Source: Tubulanus polymorphus (lineage: Eukaryota; Animalia; Nemertea). Taken from it: 64,000 bases of DNA. The stretch lies in assembly GCF_964204645.1 (NCBI RefSeq), contig NC_134026.1, forward strand, positions 9,509,950 to 9,573,949. The letters run 5' to 3'. Every line of letters begins with the position of its first letter. The stretch's first letter is position 1. A model generated the notes under the pieces. The model did no database searches, was not told where the DNA came from, and saw nothing but the letters and a program-made list of their open reading frames with translations. This document shows positions 24,762-37,464 of the stretch, piece by piece. A program made the position numbers and the translations under genes.

Positions 24762-26026
24762 TTTTTAGCCCACTTGGGACTTTAGTCTCAGCGGGCTATT
24801 GCGTTCACTTTTCGTCCATCCGTCCGTCCGTAGACGGAATCCAGTTATTTTGGGAAGTTTTGAAGACGCTTCAAGGTAATGTCTTGATATTTGGTTTATA
24901 CATGTATCTACCCTAGACACATCTTCAGCCCAAAAACTGGCCCTGTCAGATTCAAGATGGCCGACTGGCAGCCATTGTTGTTCGCCAAAAAAATCACTTT
25001 TTACACATTTTCAAAGTTTACGAGGGAAATTTTGAAGACGCTTTGATCATTTACCTTGATCTTTCGATTATATTTGAATCTACCAAGGGCCCATCAGCAT
25101 AAGAAAAATTGGGTCCATCTGACTCAAGATGGCCGTCCTATGACCTTTAAAGTGCCCAAAAATGTCAAATTTGGCCAGAATGCTAGGTCCTTTAGCTTCC
25201 TACTGGTTTGCCATTTCTCATTGCAATTTGTGATGGGTATTCTTTGTAAAGGGATGTTTTATACCTGAGACAGGTATTTTTGATCCGCCAATTATGATGC
25301 AATTGGCGGCCATCTTGGTGTCATTAGTACTTATTTGTAGGTGGGAAAAAGTTTTTCGACATTATATTGATACCTAAGCATATTTTGCTACAACAATGAA
25401 TTAGAAAGTTGTAGCGTATAACGTGTTCTATGATTGGGGTGAGTTTCAAGTTCATTGTTTTTTGTATATGGCCACCAGGGGGCGTTGAATAATACAATAT
25501 CTTAGTATTTCTATATTATATTTGTACCAATACATATTTTGTTACCGCAATCAATTGCAAAGTTGTAGCTCATGACATCTTCCATTATTATGGTCAGTTT
25601 TAATTAATCATTAGTTAATGTATATGGTCACCAGGGGGCGTTGAATAGTAGAATAACCTGGTATTTCCTTATTATATTGGTACCTAGGCATATTTTGTTA
25701 CCATCATCAATTGCAAAGTTGTAGTTCATGACATGTTCTATGAATATGGTGAGTTACAAGGTTATTGGGTTTTGAATATGGTCACCAGGGGGCGTTGAAT
25801 AGTAGAATAACTTAGTATTTCCATATTAAATTGTCAACGAGGCATTGTTTGTTATCACAATCAATTACAAAATCGTAGCTGCTGACATGTTTTATGATTG
25901 TATTGAGTTTCAAGGTCATTGGTTTTTGTATATGGTCACCAGAGGGTGTTGAATATTGAAATTGTTAGATTGTTGAGCATTTGAAACCACTTCCCAAGTG
26001 GGCATGGTGTCCCTGGACCCTTAGTT
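24762..26026 (+). mobile_element. Non-autonomous Helentron (HINE), family B, with internal ~154-bp tandem array
   Basis: T-run ends; 12-bp subterminal inverted repeats GCCCACTTGGGA / TCCCAAGTGGGC; 5' internal IR CGGGCTA; (TCCG)n microsatellite; short 3' hairpin; four tandem units with marker motifs at 25469, 25625, 25779, 25933. Confidence 0.8.
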
Positions 26027-29000
26027 GTTGTAATCGACGCACAACAGATTCGTAGTTTGTCTAATACCTATAACACCTCACCTGGCGATCTTAATCCATG
26101 TGCAAATCGGCCGTAAAGTGAGAGTAAATTTCCGTCCAGTCAACAGCTGCCATTTTGAAAATTACTGGAGGTGCTGGCACCTGTGGACTGAAGCCAGGAC
26201 AACAGCACAAACTCTCGAAGCAAAACGACGAAATTGAAAAAATTAAAAAATCAACACTTATTCCCATTTTTCTTTTACCAAAATTTATTATTTCATTACT
26301 TATCTTGGAAAACACGAAGATTTGAAATATTTGTTGGAAAACCATCAAAAATAAAAATTGTCGTTTCGTCTTGGAAGTTTTATATAAATCCTTGTAGGTC
26401 CCCTTGTCTTATTATGCCACATGTGCAATACAGAGAAATGGCGGCCAATGGCGAAATTTGTGGAGAAATTAATTAATTTCTCAAAATAATGTTGATTAAT
26501 CAGTTGAAACATACATAGAATTGGATTATTTCGAAAGGTACCTATTTTAGTTTGTGAATTAAGCCATTAATTGTGGACTGAAGTGAATAGAAAGTATATT
26601 TTTGAAGTGTTACTTTTTTCAACCGTGTTTTGCCCTTGTCATCCCTAACGTTGGTATAAGCCCATCCGATTATAAAAAGCTTACCACCAACGATTAGTAA
26701 CTAACTACCACCCACCCAGACACGTTCATTCAAATTCGCGTGACTTTTGCCGACAGAACTACTGTCGGCATTTTTGCCTGTGTTCAAACTGCGATATCTC
26801 AGCAAATAAACAACCGATTTTGATAAATAAACTATCTACACTAACCTTATGATGTCTTACGTTTGTTCATTATATCATTTTGACGATAAATCTGTTTTTA
26901 ATACGATTAAATTTAAGATACAAAAATGATGCGCTGTTTAGCGATGAGACACGCATCGCTCAAGTGTCTTGTAGCTAACGAACTACAGTGTTACAATGCC
27001 TAGTTTCAAAGTAAAAAAATGGTGTCATTTTTACTATTTCTGTATTTGTATCGCATCAAGCACGGACTATGATGAAGGAACCTCCGAATGAATATAATAA
27101 TAAGAAAACTAAATGTTTGAGGTTTGTAACGATAAATTATTTTTCACAATCGGTTTGGTGAAACTGGATTTCTGGTGGTTTAAAGTCAGAGTGATTTAAG
27201 AGTATTGAGAAAATGTCATTCGTGTCTTAGTGTCTGTGGTACCAGGGAGGTGGGAGTCACTCCCACCCTCACACTAAGGTTCTTGGTGAAGGTCCACGTC
27301 TCGTTAATGCAACGAACGATTTCGCTGGAAAGAATACAATAATACGCAGAAATGCGTTGTCCCCAGTACCCTCGGCGCGTAACGGTCAAAATGTCTCCCC
27401 TTCGCATTTTCCTATTAAACAAGGTGATACACCAACAACTGTCATTCAAATTCTATTTAATCTACGGCGTTCAATGATTGGTTGTTGGTTAGAGTTTAAC
27501 CCCCGCCTACAAAGTTACGTTTTGATGACGCGATATTTTGGTGCCGTAGCTGTCAGATCGGCAGCAGACGCTATAACGCGAATTCGGCCTTTGATTCAGG
27601 GGTGGTTTCCCACCGTGACTTGGAAAGTAAGAAAGCTCTTTTTATTACAGAACGTAACTTTTTAAAACTACTTATAAGGAGTATATAGAAATTTCATATA
27701 TTAAAATTGATTAAGAATTGACCGAGATCTAGTTGTTTGAATGTGTGAAATTTGCCGGTTCCAGTGCGGGCCGCGCACCGAGGCCGTGCGTAGCTGGACG
27801 AGTATTCTATAATTTATGCAGGTGTGTAAAAAGTAGTGGAATCTACTGTTAATTAACTAATTATTAAAATCAACTTCCAATTATATAACATTTATATCGT
27901 AATCGCTGGAAAATGCACATTTATGAAGCTTTTTCCGTGAAAACCGCGGCGAGAAAATTTCATTTGATTTCCGCAGACCAACCTTCCACCCCTCGAAACG
28001 AAATGGTGAAATAACAACGTGAAACAGCTTTTTTTCTAGGGCACAACATTGGCTTTCATTCTTAAAGTTTTCCATTAGGATTTAAGAGTATAGTGGCCTA
28101 TGAATACGGGTTATAGGCCTAACGTTCGTTACCAGATAGGAAATCTAACGAAACGATGCCTTTTTTCAGATCTTCCTCAGCTCAATCTTATAATGTTTTC
28201 ATGTTTTTTTTTCCAGAAGTCAAATAAATAATATGATTAGAGTTTCCAGGAAAAAGAAAGAACAGGCCAGGGCTGCGGCAGCCACAAAAAAAAACCAAAA
28301 ATGGTTATATCAGATAAAAAAATTAAATAAATAATTAAATTTACTTACAAATCTTTATTCCAAAAATATATACGTATCTTGATATGCACATGAATTGTTT
28401 TTTTTTTTTAGCATCTAAACAATGTTTGAAAACAAAAATCAAAGAAACAACCAATCACCAATCATGAAAAAGAAATAAATTTAACTAAGTTATTTTACAG
28501 ATCTAGGGAGGGGGGCCAGTAAGCCTGCCCCCCCTACATTACTGAAAAAAAATCTTACATAATTTTACATAATGCATACTTTCGCTTAAAATAAAATATT
28601 ACATCTTTGTTTAACTGTAAAAGAAGCAGGTAAAGGGAATTTCACATGAATTCTTTACTCTTGAAATGCAGGAAATCCAGACCAAGACCCCGCCAGTATC
28701 AGGCGTCGGAAAATCGCCTTGCACCTCGCGCCTGGTGACATTGTCTTAATAATATGTATTTAGGCCCACCCTAACTGCTCCGCCCTTATCTGGAGGGCTT
28801 AAATCTGGACTAATTTAATCATTTAGATCTTGCTAAATTTTTCTTTTGGGTCATTCCGTGTAATATGGACCAAGGCTTGCCCACTCATAGTCTTAGAATG
28901 TCTTCAAACTTAGTGTATAACTAAATGAGGCCATTATAAGCAAGTGGCCAAAATTTTAGCTTAATCGCTTCAATACTTTTGGAAATACAGCCAGTACCCC

Positions 29001-30024
29001 ACCCTCAAACAGGCCTAATTTTTGTTGACGAACTGGCAACTTCATGTCCATTTTTCTTTGCTTGTATAAGGCAAGGAACTGATATACTTTCAATCCCTAC
29101 AGTATGGGGTAAGTTCTTTTGGACAAATAGAACATTTTCATGTTCAACTTGTTTTAAGGTTGCTCCCAGGGGGGTCAAAAATGATAAAATCCTATTTCTT
29201 CTCGCTTTTGGGTACATTTTCAGTAGATTGTTTTTATGCTTTGTTATGTAATAATTCACTCATCCTTATGATTTCTAAATAGCGTGAGGGTTAGTTTGTT
29301 CATATGTACCTTAATTCTGGTTGTTCAGGATTATCAGAAATTTTTACGGCCTTTGACCCCACCACTTGATCTCCAAGGGGGGCTAACTTTGACCCGAATT
29401 TTCTCAAAAGAAACCCTTTATATTCTATTAAATTTTTGTGTGGTGGGAACTATTATGGTAACCAATAATCTCTTCAAATATGATTATCTATATATGATTC
29501 CTGGGGATCTGGCAGCCCATCGAATTTTTGAGGAAATTTGCCATTTTTTTGCGATATTGCATTTTTGGCCCATGATACTTGAAAAACACTTAAAACCTGT
29601 TTTCAAAGACTTATTATTCAATATAATGGTTCATTAATATCGATGGATAGTGAAATTCTAATGATATCAGTCACTTTTTTAATTTTCTGAGATCAAATTT
29701 TTCATTTTTTATGCCTTCAGTACATACTACCCTTAAAGATTCCTGTACAACGGGACTAGTTCTATGGTATAAAGTAAACACTCTTAAGTGAAGCTGCGCA
29801 AAATTGTTTAAAAACTACAACCAAAAAGGTTATGATGACTTAAACACATAATTTTCGCTGCTGTTGACTGTACATAAATCTATGAGAAAGTTCTGGTATT
29901 TTTATCTTGTTGCCAACCAACTAACAACTCAACACTACCTCATAAATCAATAAAAGCTTATGATATTGGCATTACTGTGTATATGACCTTCTTAAGTTTT
30001 GTTTCTATGCTGTGAGTTTTAAAC

Positions 30025-30420
30025 ATGGATGAAAATTCTACCATCAAATGTTATGTCGGTTTTTTACTGAATTCTCATTGTCACCAGTATGGAGATTGTA
30101 AAATCAATGGTTTTATTGAGTGCAGTCAAGAGGAATTAGCTTTGATTTCAACAAGAGCAAGAATTAGTGTGAATGAAGTAAGAACTGTATGCTGATGCCA
30201 TAGAAAATACTACCTCCATATTTTTCCTCATATGAAGATGAACCAAAGTTGCTGTGATCCGATGAAAGGGCACAAAAAGTTGGTTTCCAAGGGATTAAAA
30301 GATGTTGATTCGGATATAATTCAACTTGTTTTGTTAAAAACAAGTGAAAATGTTTTTCAAGGACAAAAGATTTGTTACAACTGTATAAAAACATTATCAG
30401 ATCAGGTTCTTCCAGAAAAT
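30025..30420 (+). pseudogene. Cys/His-rich N-terminal domain of a Sola2-type transposase (ARL14EP N-terminus-like), one in-frame stop
   Basis: Single frame: MDENSTIKCYVGFLLNSHCH...LALISTRA...TVC*CHRKYYL...SCCDPMKGHKKLVSKGL...FQGQKICYNC; TGA at 30193-30195. Confidence 0.65.
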
Positions 30421-30727
30421 CTTTCTTTTTTCTATGCTCAAGCTCATATCTCGAGAAAACTTATCACATACAAAATAATGCGTTATAACCTTTTTGGTTG
30501 TAGTTTTTAAACAAGTTTATGCAGCTTCAATTAAGAGTGTTTACTTTATACCATAGAACTAGTCCCATTGTACAGGAATCTTTAAGGGTAGTATGACTGA
30601 AGGCATGAAAGATTTGATCTCAGAAAATTAAAAAAGTGACTGATATCATTAGAATTTCACTATCCATCGATATTTATGAACCATTATATTGAATATTAAG
30701 TCTTTGAAAGCATGTTTTAAGTGTTTT

Positions 30728-32043
30728 TGGTTTACCTATGTTATGGCTGTTGGTTGGCAGTCTGCCAAGAGTATGTTAAATCGCGGCACAAAATTTAGTG
30801 GTAATACTTACGGGGTTGTCTTTTATCGTGAAGCAAGTAGAATTGATGCGCGGAGGTTAGGCTGGTACCTCGAACGGAAGATGCAATATTTTTCGAGAAA
30901 AACATCGAAAATTCTTCGCTTTCTATAAGTTACTTGTGTTGACCTATATTTGAATTTCCGACGTGAATACGGGAAATTCTCGGAATTTCCAGGAATTTCG
31001 GCACCTCTGACGTAATTTTGGGAGTAACAAAATGGTGAGCAATTCATTTGACATTCGTGCGGAGCTTAGTTCGCTTAGAGTTTGTTCGTTTGTGAGGATT
31101 ATAATGGAGTCGGCTATCTAATTTAGCGTCTCGAACTTAGTAAGTGTGGCTATTTCTATAGTCATTGTAGCTTGGTTTTGACTACAAAATACATTCTTTC
31201 TTTGAAAAAGTAATAGACGATGTCACCAGCGCGAGCCAGCGGTGATGACGCCGTTTTTGGAGAGGCCAGTCGACAAATGTTTGGCATTGTTTTGTTGAAA
31301 TGCGAGTTAATTGGTGCACACAGTTGTGTGCGCTTTTTCATTTGCTATTGCCATAGGCTAATTACTTTGTTTGACGATGTTTTTGGGGTATATTGGCATT
31401 CTTCGCGTAACAGCGCATAGCCCTGCATGTTAAAATGTGCGCACTACGTAAATCAGCTGGTATGTAATTCATATATCTAACATACGTACATACAAAGTGT
31501 ATGTATGCTCTGTATTCACGTGTATACACTCGCGCAGCACTACTTCGCTCTCCTAGCGCGTATTATAAATACTGTCATACGCTGTCTGTTCCTAAGAAAG
31601 AAAGTGTGCACCTCTTTTAATTTCGTTGGATAGTTCGTCGATGGATACTTATCTTATTATATATCTAAGTCAAGGTCTGGTAAAATCGCTGTTTATTGAC
31701 GTAAAACCATAAAAATAATGTATATGCATTATACGTTACAGTATCTGGGTAACGTAATCTAAACCTATAGGAAAATATTGCCACATTCATCAGGAATAAA
31801 ATGAGCTATCAGGCTAAAGATTTTGGAACTGTTTAATTGGCTTCCTGGATTTTTATGCTAAATACAAAGCAACACACAGCCAATATCAAATTTTGGGTCA
31901 TGCTTCCTAGAGCTCTTATGGTTTTCTAGACATATTTAAACCAAAACTAACAGCCACGCAAGTGAAAATCAAAATGAATACATGTATAGTTGTACGTTCT
32001 TCTAGAAAGTAGAAAGGTAAACCACTTTGCCTGTGGCAAATTA
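30728..32043 (+). mobile_element. Helentron/HINE-type insertion interrupting the right Sola2 TIR
   Basis: Subterminal IR TGGTTTACCT / AGGTAAACCA; 3' hairpin TTTGCC-TGT-GGCAAA; inserted in a T-run with no TSD; the flanks rejoin to match the left TIR (GAAAAACACTTAAAAC). Confidence 0.75.
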
Positions 32044-32884
32044 TTCAAGTATCATGGGCCCTATTCTATAGTTCTAATTAGTTTTAAAATGTTTCCATAC
32101 AATTTTTTCAAACAAACAGGGTAGCCAAAAATGCAATATCGCAAAAAATGGCAAATTTCCCCAAAAATTCGATCGGCTGCCAGATCCCCAGGAATCATAT
32201 ATATACAATCATATTTGAAGAGGTTATTGGTTACCATAATAGTTCCCACCACACACAAATTTAATAGAATATAAAGGGGTTCTTTTGAGAAAATTCGGGT
32301 CAAAGTTAACCCCCTTGGAGATCAAGGGGTGGGGTCAAAGGCCGTAAAAATTTCTGATAATCCTTAACAACCAGAATTAAGGTACATATGAACAAACTAA
32401 CCCTCACGCTATTTAGAAATCATAAGGATGAGTGAATTATTACATAACAAAGCATAAAAACAATCTACTGAAAATGTACCCAAAAGCGGGTGAAAAGTGG
32501 ATTTTATCATTTTTGACCCCCCTGGGGGCAACCTTAAAACGAGTTGAACATGAAAATGTTCTATTTGTCCAAAAGAACTTACCCCATACTGTAGGGATTG
32601 AAAGTATACCAGTTCCTTGTCTTATACAAGCAAAGAAAATGGACATGAAGTTGCCAGTTCGTCAACAAAAATTAGGCCTGTTTGAGGGTGGGGTATAAGA
32701 CTGGCTGTATTTCCAAAAATATTGAAGCAATTAAGCTAAAATTTTGAGTTATTATATATACTTCTGAGAACTTCGCTCTGAGTAATTTTCATGAGATTTG
32801 AAGACATTGATGGGACCAATGTCAGAAATTTTGGTCCATATTACATGGAATGAATGACCCTTTTCTTATTTCAGATTTATCCGC

Positions 32885-33160
32885 TAATAACAACGAATCA
32901 TCCAATCACCAATCAGTTAATTACAATAAATCATCCAATCACCAATTAGCAAATTTCATCGGATCAATGAATCACCAATCAGCAAATTATGATTTCATCG
33001 GATCAATATATCAACAATCAACGAATCAACAATCAGCAAATTGTAATTTCATCTGATCAACGAATCACCAATCAGCTAATTATAATTTCATCAGATCAAC
33101 GAATCACCAATCAGCTAATTTCATCGCATCAACCTATCACCAATCAGCAAATTTCATCGA
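32885..33160 (+). repeat. Degenerate AATCACCAATCAGC tandem repeat (N/Q/S-rich) in a probable exon of the Chapaev-like gene
   Basis: About 8 copies at 30-40 bp spacing directly after a splice acceptor. Confidence 0.7.
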
Positions 33161-33260
33161 ATCTGAGTATTATAATCCATTATCCCATGTTTCATCCCTG
33201 CACGTCCAGTTAATTGATCACCAAAATATTATATATTTTTATATTTATAATCAATCCATC

Positions 33261-35400
33261 CAAATTCAAAGCCAGCAGGCAAAAATCAAGGCCCTAATTC
33301 AAGAAAAACTAACTTTGGAAAACCAATTGCAAAAAGACCTGCTGGAAGTGACTTGCAGGGATGAAACATGTATCTATGCAAGAAAACTAAATTCAACAAA
33401 ATCATAGGGTTATTTTCAGGTATCGGTTCCAAGCAAGACATCCATGCATGCATCTAGAAGGTCTCTGGTCGAGAGAGCTAATCGATTGAGGACCTTTCTG
33501 GTTAAGTACGTCCACACGTGTGGACTCTGGATTCTGCTCTGACGATTGTGTTGCAACTCTTGCGACTTTCGTCAAGCAGAATCCATACCTAACCAGAAAG
33601 GCCCTCGATTCAGCAAAAATTGGCCCAATGAGCAAGCTCTCTCCTTCAGACGCCTTGCAGATGCATCTTCTTTGAATTCCTGAAACCAGAATTGACAAAA
33701 TGAAAAGTTTTTTGATATCCCATAGCTTAGATATACTTACTACCAAGCCAGACCTCGATGCGAAGATATAAGTCTGCCGTATTGAGCGGCCTTAATCTTG
33801 AGGTTGGTAGTATACCAATGCTGGATTCAGCGAAATCGAAGATGAAGACCGGGGTAGTTTATGATCGTGTTCCCTGCTTACGATCTATTATCGAAGCAGT
33901 CTGTACCAAACTTTATCAGGCCGACCAACTGAAATTTCATCCAGAACACAACGTTTCGATCTGGATAAAGTTTGGTGCAGACAAGGGGGGTACGAGTACT
34001 AAACTGGCGTTTTCGGTCGTCAAATCTAGTACACCCAATAGCATTGACCAAACGGTACTGCTCGCCTTCTTTGAAGCCTACGACTCCTCGGAAAACATTC
34101 GGACCATTTTCAGCCAATATTCTGAGCAATTTTTTGAGCTAAATTCAATTCAAATTCAGGACAAAGAGGGCAAGCAGCATATTTTCAACATAAGTAAGTT
34201 CATAATCGGAGATTACTGCTGGTAATGCAATGCTATGGGCCATATTGGAGCTTCAGGCGCATTCCCTTGTTTGTGGTGTCTCGTTAAACTCGCAAATCTC
34301 AGGCGAAGGGATGGATCTCCCCATACACCAATGCTTGTTGGAGGTACTTTGGAAAACCCTGAGTGTCAGTCGAGCAAAGAACCGTTTCGAACTATATGGC
34401 AGACTTTGACAGCCACATTTCCAGAACTGACACATCCAACAAAGGAAAAAACAGTATATCCAATTCAATGCTCTTCCCCATCAACAATCTCAACCAATTA
34501 GTACCGCCCCCCCTTCATTTATCTTTAGGCATTGGATTAACATTATTCCAGCTAGAAAATTTATGTGCTGAGCTCGATCAAAATTCATTATCTACTAGAG
34601 ATCCCGAGCTGTTCGCTAAGTGGCAGACGCTCAGTGCACAAGTAGCTTCTTTAGATGATGAGGTTAAGAGCGAAATGTTTCAATTAGAATCACTTAGAAA
34701 ACACCTGAAAATTTGCAAAACGAGACACCATAAACCCATCAATGACCCTTGCAATGTGACAGTCAACTACGTCTGTGTGCAATGCATTGATGAGGGACTA
34801 TCGCCGGAGAAGATGATTTCCAGCAATTCAACAAAGGTGGCGATGCAATCTGAGTGTGCGAGATCACTTCAAGCCCCTCTTTCTTCCTCTCAACAGGAAC
34901 TCACCAGTGTTTTCACACAAGTGAAGTCACTGATGGGCCCCTGCGAGACGGAACTTAACCGAGTGCTCGAAGATGATCTCCATGTTCAGTGACAGGCATA
35001 CCATTCTATGTGTTTTGTTGGGAATCATATTCGACGGATGTTCCTCATCAATGACAAAGTGGACGCCCCTGCAAAGCTGCTGTTTGTGGTTAAAGATCAA
35101 ACAAATGATTACGATCATTTGTATGATCTTTATGCCACATTCAGCAAGATCCATCACTTTTTAAATGCAGCCAGATTTTTGTCACCTCTCGAAATAGAAC
35201 ACATGTGCAAGTTGTGTCATGAATTCGGTGAAAAGTTTCCCGCAAACTTTCCCAATCAAACCATCACTCCAAAAATCCACGTGCTTGTCTTCAAGGTTCC
35301 TCGATTCCTCCGAAGGTGGAAATCCATTGGTATCTTTTCTGAGCAGGGTCTCGAAGGCAAGCATAATTCTGTAAATGCAGATGTGATTTCCTTCTGCAGA
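33261..35400 (+). pseudogene. RAG1-core-like (Chapaev/Transib-related) DDE transposase, disrupted
   Basis: Motifs in RAG1 order: IWIKFGADKGG (first D), IIGDY (second D), GASGAFPCLWC (CxxC), PPPLHLSLGIG, QAYHSMCFVGNH, ITPKIHVL, GIFSEQGLEGKH (E). Stops at 34223-34225 and 34990-34992; frameshift near 34360. Confidence 0.8.
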
Positions 35401-36142
35401 TATCAAAACACAACGCACTTATATTCAATTCTCAACGGGAAAGTTGCAGTAAATTTGATCCGAAACATGATGCATCTTATCTGAAATAAAAAATGAATGT
35501 GAATAAAACAACAATCATGCAAACTGAAATTACTTTTCGATCAAAAGACAATCATGCAAACTGTAATTATATCAATCAAATGAAAATCTTGTGAATTCAA
35601 ATTATTAATCATAGAAAATATCAAATTGAAAAAAATGTATATGGTATTTGTATGTATGAATATGGTATTTTGGTGACAAAATCTGCATTTAAAGTGATGG
35701 TGATGGAAATACATTGCCAAGTGTTTTCACTCAGTCCACAGCGTATGACAATGAAATGATACATTGAGGTCTTTATCTAAAATCTAAACCCTATGAACAT
35801 AATATAACTCATCATTTACTTATCCATCTCACAGAAATCCTAATTCTACATGTGTCTTAAATGACCGTGTAAACAACAATCAAATATCAAGACTATTAGT
35901 TAAAACGTTGATATTCACCTACAAACCTTTCTCCCTTGAAATGCTCAAAAATACGAAAAAGTGCTGATTCAGCAACAACAGCAGACATGGTTGTATAATC
36001 ATTTGTTTTCTAGTCCAGCCTTGCGTCTGCCAAACGAACTTTTCTTTTATTTCCATCACTCTTTCCATTTACCTATAAATAACAAATGTTTGGGAATGTA
36101 TTTTGCATGGAACCAATACCTTACTTTTGTAAATATTATAAA

Positions 36143-36605
36143 TAGTCAACACAAGTGTAAATATTGTAAATAATTACAAAGGAATAAGACTCGGTGTACA
36201 GTCAACACAATTGTAAATATTGTAAATTATTACACAGGAATAAGACTGTATAGTCAACAAATGTGTAAATATTGTAAATAATTACACAGGAATAAGACTC
36301 AGTGTACAGTCAACACAATTGTAAATATTGTAAATTATTACACAGGAATAAGACTGTATAGTCAACAAATGTGTAAATATTGTAAATAATTACACAGGAA
36401 TAAGACTCAGGGTACAGTCAACACAATTGTAAATATTGTAAATTATTACACAGGAATAAGACTGTGTATAGTCAACAAAAGTGTAAATATTGTAAATAAT
36501 TACACAGGAATAAGACTCAGGGTACAGTCAACACAATTGTAAATATTGTAAATTATTACACAGGAATAAGACTGTGTATAGTCAACACAAGTGTAAGTAT
36601 TGTAA
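36143..36605. repeat. Minisatellite of about 8.5 x 52-56 bp with alternating A/B units
   Basis: AGTCAACA...TGTAAATATTGTAAAT(A/T)ATTACACAGGAATAAGACT units alternate 56 and 52-54 bp (dimer period 108-110). Confidence 0.9.
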
Positions 36606-37464
36606 TTACTAAACTGTGATTGAATTATAAAAGAATATCTTGATATTGTTGATTTACATGAGAAAATGTTGATTTATTTGTTATTGATGATGATACGTTG
36701 ACTTCTTATTTATTGACAAAATAAATGTTTATCCTATTCTATTTATCATACCAATTCAATCTCATCGTTGTTACTGTTACTCATCAACATCATCTTTTGA
36801 GGAATCTGTTACTTCTCCCTGAAAAATTTAAAGGATTCACATCATAGCCTATCATGGGCTTATTTCATCAAGGATCACAAGCAACGATGGATTACAGCAA
36901 ATAAACCGGTGCCATATTCTGAGGAATAATAGTTTCTATTCTTCTTAGGATGAATTACATTTCAAAAGTGTAGTTATGCCAAAAAAGATTAGGCCCAGGC
37001 ATATGTAGACTGAATCAAGAAGCACCTCTATAGCCTCGGCCATATTTCAAGAAAATGATCTAAACATGCAATAAATCACCAGAAAATAGCACGAGATAAT
37101 AAAATGAAGCATTTGATGATGCCCTGTGAAAATGTGTATTAAGACGATGCTAATCGATTACGGTCATGAAAATTGTGATGGCCGAACTTGGGTGTATCTT
37201 TCAAAACCGCGAAATTTTTTTTAAAATTTCCGGCATTTTTCGACGATTTAAATACAGACAGCTGATCTAAATATCTGAATTCGACAAGAAATTAGTATTG
37301 CGTTAGCTAAATATCAATAATTACCTGCAGAAGCATCGATGATAACCAAAATAGATGTTTTAATGGGAAAAAACGGTCCTCGCAAATGATGTCACACGCG
37401 ATGACGTCACGCAATCGGGAATTTCATCCACATTAACGAGACGTGGGTCCATTTTCGCCACACG

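Larger units (their letters stand above)
28848..32860 (+). mobile_element. Sola2-like element with very long (~0.9-1 kb) TIRs, nested in the Chapaev-like element
   Basis: Termini GGGTCATTCC(G/A)TGTAATATGGACCAA; TTTT on both flanks (4-bp TSD). 28848-29585 is inverted at 32044-32860 and 29585-29835 at 30480-30727. Sits in an intron polypyrimidine tract just before tttcAG (32873-32874). Confidence 0.8.
27295..37445 (+). mobile_element. Chapaev-like DNA transposon (RAG1/Transib-related), 10151 bp including nested insertions
   Basis: Perfect 15-bp TIR CACGTCTCGTTAATG / CATTAACGAGACGTG; 4-bp TSD GGTC at 27291-27294 and 37446-37449; encloses a RAG1-core-like transposase. Confidence 0.85.

Noticed and set aside
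30193-30195. Selenocysteine TGA in the Cys-rich Sola2 ORF
   Set aside because: It lies in a deleted, non-autonomous element and no SECIS was recognised; a nonsense mutation is simpler.
28979-32698. Paired similar ORFs at 28979-29637 and 32061-32698
   Set aside because: They are the two copies of the Sola2 inverted repeat, not genes.
21680-35400. 21680 ORF as the first coding exon of the RAG1-like transposase
   Set aside because: The Chapaev-like left TIR and TSD at 27291-27309 lie between them, so they belong to different units.
36143-36605. CRISPR-like array
   Set aside because: Units are contiguous with no unique spacers; eukaryotic context with no cas genes.
27295-37445. ProtoRAG (RAG1L-RAG2L) transposon
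   Set aside because: The TSD is 4 bp rather than 5, the terminus CACGTCT is not an RSS heptamer, and no convergent kelch/PHD RAG2-like ORF is visible.
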